From the NCBI GenBank assembly GCA_000165345.1, contig CM000432.1, forward strand, positions 224,001 through 288,000: a DNA stretch of 64,000 nucleotides. Direction: 5' to 3'. Below are positions 54,477 through 64,000 of the stretch, piece by piece; the first letter of the stretch is position 1; each line of letters starts with the position of its first letter. A program made the translations under genes and the position numbers. Below the pieces are notes generated by a model that did not search any database, was not told the DNA's origin, and worked only from the letters and a program-made list of their open reading frames with translations.

Positions 54477-55250
54477 TTCTAAAACTAATTATTAATTTAC
54501 TTATTCAACATTTTTTTGAAAATTATAAATTAACATATCATTAATAATTATAGATATTTGTAGAAATCTTATATTAAGAAATTAAGCTTATTCTCTATAT
54601 TTTACTATTCATTTACTTACTTATGTTTACTAAATTTGATTTTCCTAATAAAAGATGATTAGAAACTTACTTAACTAAAATATTCTTAAAAAAAAAAGAA
54701 TCAAAGAAATAATCTAATAATAATCAAAAATGACTTGTAACATGTAATATTTATTTTTATTATTATTATTATTTGCACAATTAAAATTAATTATTTTTGA
54801 GACAGCCCGCCAATTTAATATAATTTAATATATTATTTAATTAATATTATTAAGTACCTTGAATAGTGTCTGGAAGAAGAGAAGTAAAGGAAAAGGAGAA
54901 ATTTTTTTTTTTACATTAAAAATAGGTAAAAAGGATCATATCAGTAAAAAACTTCCTTGAAATTAAACAGATATACAGATATATATATATATATATATAT
55001 ATAGAAGAATCTAAATACAAATAGTTTATTGTAACATATAATTTACAATCGACTATTTTGAAGAAAATTAGAAAGAAAAGGAATAAGAAGAAAAGAAAAA
55101 CAAGGTCTTGAATTTTCTTTTTAGTAATCTCAAGTCAAGGAAGAACTTAGTAAATTACTAATAACTGATACAATCCCAAGTAAAATAAGAAGAGAAGTCT
55201 ATTTAAAAAAAAAAAAAAAAGAATATTATTTTAAAAAATTTGTAATTCTT

Positions 55251-56315
55251 GTGATCATGAGTACCGACTTTATGAATGTAAGAAGAAGTGCTTGGGCTGA
55301 TGAGGATATTGACGACTTTGAACCATCATTTGATGAACCATTAAAAGGTTTTGAATCAAAACCTGATAAAGATGGTATTAAACATGTAATTAGTTATATT
55401 AAAGATAGTAAAGGTTCTACTATTAAAATCACAAAAAAAATTAAAGAAGTTAGAAATATTATAAAAATTAATAAGAATGTTGTGAATAGAAGATTAATTA
55501 TGGAAAGAAATCTTGCAGATAGATTCAATTCTGATACAGATGTTCCAAAACTTGGAGATGAAATATCTATTGATATTCCAAAGAATACAGATTCAATGAA
55601 CTTTCAAGATAAAGATAATGATGATGATTATTATTTCATGGATTTACCCACATCTAATAATAATAAACTATCAATGTTTAAAAAATCTGGAAATAATTAT
55701 CCATTCATTCTTGGTGATGAACAGATTGAAAAAATTACTTATGGACAACAAAATAACTCTATGAATGATATGAATTCATCTTTTACTGGTGGATTTGGAT
55801 CTAATGCTTCCTCTTCTAATGGACTAAATCTTGGATTTGGTACATCACTTACAAACAAAGGTGGAATGAGTGATGTTAAAACAACAGTTGGAAGTGGTAT
55901 AATCACTTCAAATATTAACTCCAGTAACAATACTGGAATTAATACTATTGGTACAAGCATTGCTAGTAATAATGCTAACAGATATCAACCTCCATTCCTT
56001 AGAACCACTTCCAGTAGTGCATTTGAAAGAGGATCAAATTTACAATCATCACATAGAGATGATTGTACAGTCAGAGTTGCAAATCTTTCTGAAGATGCAA
56101 CTGAAGAAGATCTACAAGAACTCTTTAAAACTGCTGGAAGAGTTGTAAAAGTCTTTCTTGCTAAGAATAAAAATAATTCCAAGAATACTAAAGGTTTTGC
56201 ATTTATTACTTATTCTAAGAGAGAAGAGGCCCAAAATGCTATTAGAAAACTTAATCGTCATGGATATGATAACTTGCTACTTAATGTAGAATGGGCAAAA
56301 ACTAAAGAAAAGTGA
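55251..56315 (+). CDS. EIF3G: Translation initiation factor eIF3 subunit G (eIF3g/TIF35), lacking the usual CCHC zinc knuckle
   Basis: The C-terminal RRM CTVRVANLSEDATEEDLQELFKTAGRVVKVFLAKNKNNSKNTKGFAFITY...YDNLLLNVEWAK is nearly identical in pattern to the human EIF3G RRM (ATIRVTNLSEDTRETDLQELFRPFG...KGFAFISF...YDHLILNVEWAK). The N-terminal SAWADEDIDD...IKITKKIKEV matches the eIF3g N-domain. No C-x2-C-x4-H-x4-C motif is present. Confidence 0.85.
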   Translation: MIMSTDFMNVRRSAWADEDIDDFEPSFDEPLKGFESKPDKDGIKHVISYIKDSKGSTIKITKKIKEVRNIIKINKNVVNRRLIMERNLADRFNSDTDVPKLGDEISIDIPKNTDSMNFQDKDNDDDYYFMDLPTSNNNKLSMFKKSGNNYPFILGDEQIEKITYGQQNNSMNDMNSSFTGGFGSNASSSNGLNLGFGTSLTNKGGMSDVKTTVGSGIITSNINSSNNTGINTIGTSIASNNANRYQPPFLRTTSSSAFERGSNLQSSHRDDCTVRVANLSEDATEEDLQELFKTAGRVVKVFLAKNKNNSKNTKGFAFITYSKREEAQNAIRKLNRHGYDNLLLNVEWAKTKEK

Positions 56316-56699
56316 ATTAAGGCAGGATAGAGACTCATGTCTGAGCCCGCCATTTATCAAGTTTTAATATAATGATCAATTTTATATTTATTATTATAGT
56401 TATTTTCGATACGAAAAATTATCACAAATTCATTAATTTACTATAATTTTAGAAAAAAATCGACTATTTGTTTAATTAATTAATTACATATACTTATTAC
56501 CTCTAGATTCTACAATTTTCTATATTATTATTCATAATGTTAATAATAAGCATGCTCGCTTTTGCGTAAACATTTGTTTACATGTCAGCTCTACACCTAA
56601 TTATCATTCGCTCTCTTTTATTCTTTTCTTCTTTTTTTATTCTTCTTTTCTCTATCGATTTATACTTATACTTGTACTATAGTTTTTTATCATATTAAA

Positions 56700-58742
56700 T
56701 TATCCAAATATGTGTTTATATCTCCTTAATAGACCATAATTTGTACCACATGCAATTTCCATTCCATCACTATCGTAATGTAATAAAACTACATCCTCAG
56801 AATCATCATTAATGTCATCACAAAAAATTGTACCTAAATTAGATCCATCATACAGTGAATGTATATATATTGCTTTTCTTAAAGAATTTTTATTTTTGGA
56901 AAAAAAAGCATTTTCATCGTCAATTATAGGACAGAATGGCGCCAATTGTCCATCATGTTGATTTAAATAGCAACTTGTATCTAATTCAAAATCAATAATC
57001 TGATTTTGACTTTGATTTTGGCAAGAATAATTCGTATTATTTATTGAATTATTATTAGTAATAGTTATAATTTCTTGTTCATTCTCAGATATTGTTTCAC
57101 CAGTAATAGTTGTTGTCAATGACATATTATGATTAGATCTATTAACTAAAGAAGAATTTTCAATATTATTTGATCCATAGAAACATGTGAAATATTTTGA
57201 TGCTTGAATAAATTGAGGTATAAAACCACTCATACTCATATAGCTACTATTTTCATGATTATTGTAATTTTCATTCAAATGTTGTATATTATTTGTATCT
57301 TCATTTTCTTGTTCGTATTCATTTAATATTAATCCATTGCAGTAAGTCATAATTATTCCTTTACTAAAACAAACATTTACACAATCAGCAGTTTGTATTC
57401 CTGGTAATGAAATTCTGAATTTAATTTCTACTTCACCCAAATTATTACATGTCCATACATTAATTTCATCAGTAGAAACTGTTAAAAAATTAGTAAAGTT
57501 ATTAATTTCAGTAATTTGATCAAAAAAGATGAATGCTTTAGGATGAAAGTCTCTAGTTCTTGAAATCTTTTTGCTTGAATTTGTTAGTAAATTCCATACT
57601 CTAATTGAACAACTTTCTTGTTTTAATAGTAAATACTCTCTGTGTAATTCTAAAAATTGTATATCTAATGATGATCTTAATTTTACTATAGTTTTTTCCT
57701 ATAAATATTAATTTTTTTTAATATTCATTTTATTTTTGTTTTGAATAAAAAATCAACTTACAAGGTATTCCCCATTTGATATATTACATAAATGTGCTTC
57801 TATTGTTGAATATGATGGTTGTCTAATAAAAAATAGTAATTAATAAGAAAAAAAAAATCGCATATCATTGATAAAACTTACCTAAAAAACACAACAGTAC
57901 CATCAGATATTCTCATTTCCAAAAAATTTTGGCCTTTAATTTGATATAGTTTATTATAATTACTCATATCCCAAAAAGTAAAATAATCATTTTGCGGATC
58001 TGCTACTACTATTCTTCCATTCCCATCTAAAGGAAAAAGTTTATTTTTTTTTTTATTATTTTTTAAACTCACCATCGAATTCAATAAATCCTGGATTCCC
58101 TACTTTAATTTGTTGAAATTCCTTTCCAATATTACTTGAGATATTTCTTTTTAACATTACATCTTCTATATTAAAAATAGTACAATTCAACATTGATGGA
58201 TCATGATGAAATGCTATTACTATTGTATTATTCAACTTGTTGTAAAATAAAGATCTTATTGCTTTATTTAATAAATATTATGATTTATCTTTTAATTGAA
58301 TTCATTTAATTTTCAAACTTACTTTCTGATGGAGATCTATTTAAAATACATAATATTTTATTATTATGCCTATTATATGCTGTTCCTAAACCAGAATCAT
58401 TTCTTTTTATTGATTTTTAATTAATAAATTTAATTTGATTTAATTATTTAAAACTTACAATACAAAAAGTATCTCTTTACTAAATACAACCTCAATAATC
58501 TTAGATGGTTTACTTAATTTACAATGCCCACGTATTATTTGCGGTAAATCATTTGTTATATTAAGAATACTACTCAATTTCATTCTTTTGAATTCCAATG
58601 TTTGTGATAGTGTTGGGGGTATTCTAAACTCATTGCTTTGTGCTCCTCCATAGTATTTATTTTGTATAATATTTTTCACTATTGATAAATTAACCCTTTT
58701 GTTTGTAACATTGTAATTTCTTATACTTTTCTTCTTTGTCAT
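56700..58742 (-). CDS. Six-exon gene encoding a protein of about 570 aa with WD-like beta-strand motifs and an Asn-rich insert; function unknown
   Basis: Exons on the minus strand are 58742..58459, 58402..58323, 58261..58073, 58026..57882, 57822..57762 and 57698..56700. All five introns are 46-63 nt and all begin GTAAGT or GTGAGT and end AAG/TAG. The frame is continuous across all junctions (…VFSKEILFV/LNDSGLG…SPSE/TIRSLFYNK…IEFD/DGNGRIVVADPQNDYFTFWDM…TVVFF/RQPSYSTIEAHLCNISNGEYL/EKTIVKL…SIRVWNLL…). Confidence 0.55.
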
Positions 58743-59227
58743 TTATTTAATTTTTTTAAAAATAATTCCTCTTTTAATTTATAACGAAAAAAAAAAAAAT
58801 TAGAAGTAAATGTTAATTCTAATAAAAAACCTCTTTGACCCTTAATTTTAATTCAATGCTTTATACTTAATTAATTTATTATCATTAATTTCACTATTGA
58901 CATATAATTTTTTTCAAAGTATTAGAACAAAATATTTATTTTATTTTATTTTATTTTTTTCAATTGATCAACTCTTTCTGTAATTAATTAATCAAAATAT
59001 TTTTTTTTTTAATAAAATAGTTGTAAAAAAAAGATATTTATATTTATTACACTGATCCCTTCTATATTAACGCATTTACTTCACATATTAAATATATTTC
59101 TTTGTCTTATTATTATTCTAATTTTTTTATTCCTATCTATTTAAAATTAATTAAAAAAAAAAATCTTTAGTGGTCAAAAAATGACGTGGCAATATTAAAT
59201 ATTTTTTTAAAAATTAATTTAAATAAT

Positions 59228-59362
59228 TTTATGTGGACGAAGATTCTCCAATAAAATATTTTTTTTAATTCAAGATGGATTATATGGACATATTAATTAA
59301 CAAGTTGCAATAGTTCCTATACCGGTGTTTGACAATTTACATGCAGATTTGCATGCACACCA
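59228..59362. promoter_or_regulatory. Upstream module TTATGTGGACGAA ... ACATGCAGATTTGCATGCACACC in the divergent spacer between the 6-exon gene and the MYND gene
   Basis: YATGTGGAC plus GCATGC boxes, the same pairing as at 28536-28590. Confidence 0.4.
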
Positions 59363-59698
59363 CAACAAAAAAATTGACCTAAAAAAATATCTAAAATATA
59401 AAAGTTAAAGAGGAAAAAGGAAAGCTTTCCAATTTTTTCTTCAAGAAGAAGGAATTAATTTGAACTAATTTTGGTAAGTAAAAATTTTTTTTAAAAATTA
59501 ATATTACTTTATTTTTTAATTCGCAAATGTATATAATCATGTGCAATTTATATCAATTAAAAAAAAAAAAATTAAACTTAAATGGCGGTAACACGAGTTT
59601 CAATGATTTAATTAAAATTTATTATTAGAATTTTTTTTTTTACTGAAATAATATCATCGTTATAGTTTATATAATAAGAAGTTAATTAAACAAATAAG

Positions 59699-60403
59699 AT
59701 GGATTCTTTAGATGAAGTGATTCACGAGAAATTTACATATGTTTTTATTCCATACCATGACTCTGACAAAATAGAAGTTAGAGAATTTTCTGGTAAGGAA
59801 GTCAACTTCAAGAATTTAATGCGCTCACATTTTTCCAGTAAATTAAGGAGTAGTGAAGTTTCTAAACTCCAAGAAACATTTAACAAGGAATCAAAAGCTT
59901 CAGACCAACTTGTTGAACAAGCAATCTTAAATAGTCAAAATTATGAAATTATTAGTCTTGTATTACCAAACAAAAGTAATAATTTTACAGCAACAAATGC
60001 ATATATTGATTCAATTGGAAGAATTAAAGAAATGCCTATTAATCCAAGAGCATCCAAAATTTGTTCAACTGATGTAAGAGGGGATTGCTTTATTTCATCT
60101 TCATTTGACGATGAATATGTATTTAAGAGAGTCAGTTTTGGTGAGGAAGAATATAATAAGCTTTGCAAAAATCCTCCATCTGCAGAAAATAGGTGGGATG
60201 CTTCAAAGATTTCAACAATGTTAAATAATCCAACAGATTTACTAAAAAGTAAAGAAGAAGATAAGATTTTAAATAGATGTGAGAGTTGTAGAAAAGAATC
60301 TGAAAAGACTTTACTAATTTGTAGTAGGTGTAAGAAAGTAGCATACTGCAATGTTGATTGCCAAAGAAAAGATTGGAGTTATCACAAACAATTTTGCAAA
60401 TAA
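59699..60403 (+). CDS. MYND-type zinc finger protein
   Basis: The C-terminal CESCRKESEKTLLICSRCKKVAYCNVDCQRKDWSYHKQFC is a canonical MYND finger (C-x2-C...C-x2-C...C-x3-C...H-x3-C). A GTAAGT at 59476 suggests a possible 5' UTR intron. Confidence 0.7.
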   Translation: MDSLDEVIHEKFTYVFIPYHDSDKIEVREFSGKEVNFKNLMRSHFSSKLRSSEVSKLQETFNKESKASDQLVEQAILNSQNYEIISLVLPNKSNNFTATNAYIDSIGRIKEMPINPRASKICSTDVRGDCFISSSFDDEYVFKRVSFGEEEYNKLCKNPPSAENRWDASKISTMLNNPTDLLKSKEEDKILNRCESCRKESEKTLLICSRCKKVAYCNVDCQRKDWSYHKQFCK

Positions 60404-60543
60404 TCTAATTAAAAAATGAAAAAGTAAGAAAAATCCATAAATTAATTTATAAAAATAGTTATTAATAAATACTAGAAAAAAAAACTAAATTAAATATAGA
60501 ACAATATACTTGTAATTATTATTATTACAAATTAATAATAAAT

Positions 60544-62583
60544 CTAAAGCTCATCACGAGCAGTATGTATCCAAATAAAGTCTAAAATAGAATTAACTTC
60601 TCTTTCTCCATCAAAATCTATTGGATTTGCCTTTTCTCTCTTCTTGTACAATTTTATTGTTGGAAATCTAAAGATTTTTCGACCAATTTGATCGTCTGGA
60701 ATAAAATTTGCTGACATGTCAATCTTTGCAACAAGAACATTAGTCTTTGATGTTACAATGTTAGCAACTTCATTATATATTGGGTCAAAGGTCTTACAAT
60801 GTCCGCACCATGGAGTATAAAATAACACTAATACATCTCTAGTAGAATCATAAACTATTTCTTTGAATGTGTTACCAACCAGAATAAAAACTGGTCCATT
60901 TTGTTTTGAAGGAGTTACTTGGGAATGATAAGTAATGTTCACCATTCCTGATCTTACTTCATCTATAAAATCACTAATAATGTTTGGTGAAAAATTAATT
61001 GAAGTATGGTTATTTAAAATAATCCAGTTTGATTCATTTGGTTTTCCTATTGATAAAATCTCTGCATTATTATTACTACTAGTAATACCACCAATACCTG
61101 TATTGCTTTCTAAATTATTTAAGTAAATCTTTGGTAAATCTAAATGATATTTCTTTGGAGGTGATACATTAAGGTCATTAATCATAATTATTGATGGAAG
61201 TAAGTCATCATCAATATGTAGAAAGTCCATAAATCTTCGATTAATTGGACCTTCATTTCCAGACATTACAAATAATGGTCTTTCTTCAAGATATTTATTA
61301 GATTTATCAGCTTTTTCGTTTCTAATAGCAATCACTCTCTGTAAAATATTATAAAATTGATGAATAATTGAAGATTCTTTATTAAGTTCTTCAATATAAT
61401 TTTCACTATTTCCACTAAAAATTAATAATAATATTGTGCCACCATTATCAATCAAATTACCTATAGTGTCTTTATTTAAAAATATAATATTTTCTTGTTT
61501 ATAATAATCAATAGTATTTAAAATTAATGCTTCTTCTTTAAAAGGGCCATTAATTGTTTTTACATGTTTTCCAGAATTAAATAAAAGTATTTTGGATTTT
61601 TTTTCATGATTTTCTATTATATCCGTAATATTAAATTGAAATTCATTTTTATCAAGAATATCTTTGTTAATTAATAAACTCTTTTTAAGGTCATTATAAT
61701 TAGCTTCACCAAATATAACATCATCATATATTTTACAAATATCAACAACTAATAAGTATTCTGTATTATTATATTTTTTTTGAGATTCAAATTCATGTAA
61801 ATATATTACTGAATATCCACTAATTTCCAAAAAGAATTTAATATTATCTATAGTAGAAAGTTGAATTAATTGTGATTTTGGGTTATTTTCTAATCTAGAA
61901 ATTTGTTGTATAATCCAAGAAATAACTTTCTTATGATATATATTCCCATAAAAATCAATAATTTTTAATTTTTGATTTTCTTCTTTTTTAACTAATTTAA
62001 TAGTTGGATAATCTAAAACATTAAGCTTCATTGATAAATTTGGGAATTCTGGAACATTTACTAAACCTATTAATAACTTTTTTGAATAGAAAAATCGATT
62101 AGGATGTTCTATAGAAAAATCATTAGAATGCTCAAAATACTTTACCATTTCATGTATTTGATTAATAGCTCTTTTGCTCATTCCACACCATGGTGCTGTA
62201 AATAGAATGATTAGATAGTCATTATTAGCTAATAAGTTTTCAAAAGATTCATCTGTTTGTATGGTAACAATTTCAAATATTTTATTAGTAATATTTTCAT
62301 TTACATGACTATTATCATCGATAACTTCTTCAAGGTCAATTCCTTTAGCTGATGTAAAATGCGATTCAATAAACGGAATAAGATCTTCTGTATTATCTTT
62401 ATTTGATTTATTACTACTTAGATTTATAAACTTTGTATTTGAATTTAATGTATCATTTAGTTCAGAAGTATTATCTGAAACTACATGTTTAGTTTCAAAT
62501 AAAAGCAATAAAAAAAGTAGTGAAGTTATATATATTAGTATAAATGAAGTGGTTGAACGATTTATATTATTTAATCCCCACAT
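60544..62583 (-). CDS. ER-resident protein disulfide isomerase family member (two thioredoxin-like active-site domains, C-terminal RDEL)
   Basis: N-terminal signal/anchor. The first site FTAPWCGMSKRA is CxxS-type. The second site FYTPWCGHCKTF is canonical CGHC. The C-terminus ...IHTARDEL is a KDEL-type ER retrieval signal. Confidence 0.8.
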   Translation of the reverse strand: MWGLNNINRSTTSFILIYITSLLFLLLLFETKHVVSDNTSELNDTLNSNTKFINLSSNKSNKDNTEDLIPFIESHFTSAKGIDLEEVIDDNSHVNENITNKIFEIVTIQTDESFENLLANNDYLIILFTAPWCGMSKRAINQIHEMVKYFEHSNDFSIEHPNRFFYSKKLLIGLVNVPEFPNLSMKLNVLDYPTIKLVKKEENQKLKIIDFYGNIYHKKVISWIIQQISRLENNPKSQLIQLSTIDNIKFFLEISGYSVIYLHEFESQKKYNNTEYLLVVDICKIYDDVIFGEANYNDLKKSLLINKDILDKNEFQFNITDIIENHEKKSKILLFNSGKHVKTINGPFKEEALILNTIDYYKQENIIFLNKDTIGNLIDNGGTILLLIFSGNSENYIEELNKESSIIHQFYNILQRVIAIRNEKADKSNKYLEERPLFVMSGNEGPINRRFMDFLHIDDDLLPSIIMINDLNVSPPKKYHLDLPKIYLNNLESNTGIGGITSSNNNAEILSIGKPNESNWIILNNHTSINFSPNIISDFIDEVRSGMVNITYHSQVTPSKQNGPVFILVGNTFKEIVYDSTRDVLVLFYTPWCGHCKTFDPIYNEVANIVTSKTNVLVAKIDMSANFIPDDQIGRKIFRFPTIKLYKKREKANPIDFDGEREVNSILDFIWIHTARDEL

Positions 62584-62816
62584 AATTTTTCAACAGGAAT
62601 TGCCATAAGCTTTGAATTGATAAATTAGAATTGGCATAAATTCAATGCTGAGATTTAAGAATAAATAAGTGCAATTCACTCAGATCAATTACACTTTTCT
62701 TCTCTTATCTATAAATATACATATATAATTTATACATTCACTTTTTTTTTAGTAGTGAAATAATTTAATTTTTTTTTATCCTTATTTTGGTCAAATTACA
62801 TAATTATTAAATGAGT

Positions 62817-62838
62817 TTTGGCGGTACTTGCGCCGCCA
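62817..62838. promoter_or_regulatory. E2F-like element TTTTGGCGGTACTTGCGCCGCC in the divergent PDI/Bud13 promoter
   Basis: TTTTGGCGG matches TTTSSCGS. The inverted partner is GCGCCGCC. Confidence 0.4.
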
Positions 62839-62945
62839 CATGCTGATTTTGAATATATGTAAAATTTAATAAGGATAAAAAAAATGCGGAGATTGGGTCA
62901 TTACACTAAATATTCATATTCCAAAAGTTGTTTCCTTAGATAAGA

Positions 62946-63479
62946 ATGAAAGGAAGTGTAGTATATAGAGATGAAGAAGGAAGAATTATTGATAAGGAGT
63001 TATGGTACGAGAAGAAAATAAATGAAAAAAGGAAATCGAAGAAAAGAAGTATTAAAAACGAAAATAAGTTCACAAAAGATCCAGAATTCGTTAAATATAG
63101 TGGTGGTATTATTCAATATGAGGAAGCCAAGAAAAAATATGCGGGTGAGAACAATCCGGTAATTCAGGATGAAATAATAGATGGAGGGCGTTATTACTTG
63201 AGTAAAAGTTATGATGATGAATTAAAGAAAAAAGATATTTGGGATGACCCGATTAAACTAATAAATGCGCAGGATAACAATATAAATAATTCTGGTTTGA
63301 GGAGTGATTTTGTTGATTTGGAAGCTAAAAGGCTTAAGTGCAAATTTATTACTCCTCAAAATAGATTTTCCATTGAAAGCGGTTATCGTTGGGATGGAGT
63401 GATTAGAGGTAATGGTTTTGAAGAAAATTATCTTATTAAAAAAAATGAAAAAAATAATACTATTTATAATATCGACTGA
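62946..63479 (+). CDS. BUD13: Bud13/CWC26 (RES complex) family splicing factor, short form
   Basis: The C-terminal RFSIESGYRWDGVIRGNGFEENYL matches the Bud13 signature (RF.I.PGYRWDGVDRSNGFE). The N-terminus is Lys-rich. Confidence 0.6.
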   Translation: MKGSVVYRDEEGRIIDKELWYEKKINEKRKSKKRSIKNENKFTKDPEFVKYSGGIIQYEEAKKKYAGENNPVIQDEIIDGGRYYLSKSYDDELKKKDIWDDPIKLINAQDNNINNSGLRSDFVDLEAKRLKCKFITPQNRFSIESGYRWDGVIRGNGFEENYLIKKNEKNNTIYNID

Positions 63480-63566
63480 TTTCATTTAAGTTAAAAACTA
63501 TTTTATTTTATTTTATTTTTTAATCATTAATCCATTATAATTAACATAAATTTATAATTTTTTCTT

Positions 63567-63662
63567 GTCCACATGAAAAAATAAATATGAATTCCGGACA
63601 CGTAATTTAATTACTTGCATTTGCATGTTGCATGCAAATTTTGGAAAAAATGGTCCACATAA
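63567..63662. promoter_or_regulatory. 3'-flank module: GTCCACATGAAAAAAT ... CTTGCATTTGCATGTTGCATGCAAATTTT ... GGTCCACATAAAAAAT (two ATGTGGAC motifs in reverse orientation bracketing GCATGC boxes)
   Basis: Seen directly downstream of the Bud13-like gene. It probably serves a gene beyond the window end. Confidence 0.35.
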
Positions 63663-64000
63663 AAAATATAGCAAATAAATAATTCGTTTTTTAAAGAACA
63701 AAATACAAATTAAAACTCTATTAAGAATTTTTTTAATATCTATTTTTTTTTTATTATTTTTTTTTTGAGTTAATATTAAATCAATACTATTTAAGCCAAG
63801 TAAAACTATTAATGTGAAATTATTGGGTAAAAGGTAATAATAAAAAAAAATTGATACTATTTAAACAAATTAAGTGCTGAAGAAATACAACTATACATAA
63901 AATAATTTAATATTAATAGTGATAAAAATAGTAAATACTGTCAAAATATTTCAATTGAAAGTATAATGCACATTTATTTATAAATTATTAATTAATATAT

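Overview
This window is compact, AT-rich nuclear DNA from a unicellular eukaryote. It is not prokaryotic: coding regions are roughly 30% GC, intergenic spacers are far more AT-rich with (TA)n microsatellites and homopolymer runs, and poly-Asn/Gln/Glu/Ser codon repeats occur inside genes. I infer about 25 protein-coding genes (about one per 2.6 kb), mostly housekeeping, including CstF-50, ESS2, RPL24, Ada2, SF3b5, UTP13/TBL3, two tandem histidine acid phosphatases, poly(A) polymerase, PMM, MCM7, eIF3g, a MYND finger protein, a PDI-like RDEL protein and Bud13. There are also several large low-complexity or unknown proteins: a 2091-aa secreted repeat protein, a 1246-aa WWE-domain protein, and a giant Asn-rich ORF of more than 2700 aa split across two frames. 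Short spliceosomal introns of 46-77 nt (GTAAGT/GTGAGT ... AG) are visible in at least five genes. One gene (SF3b5) and several terminal exons are missed by the ORF track. I found no convincing tRNA, rRNA, CRISPR array or transposon. The most striking non-coding signal is a recurrent promoter vocabulary. E2F-like GGCGCCAAA / CCCGCCAAA boxes, often palindromic or paired, sit in nearly every intergenic region. TGCATGCA boxes, a YATGTGGAC motif and a GGTACCCGTG element also recur. The E2F plus TGCATGCA combination resembles Cryptosporidium-type apicomplexan promoters, but intron density and poly-N tracts leave the taxon open. All product calls are from by-eye motif and similarity recognition and need database confirmation.
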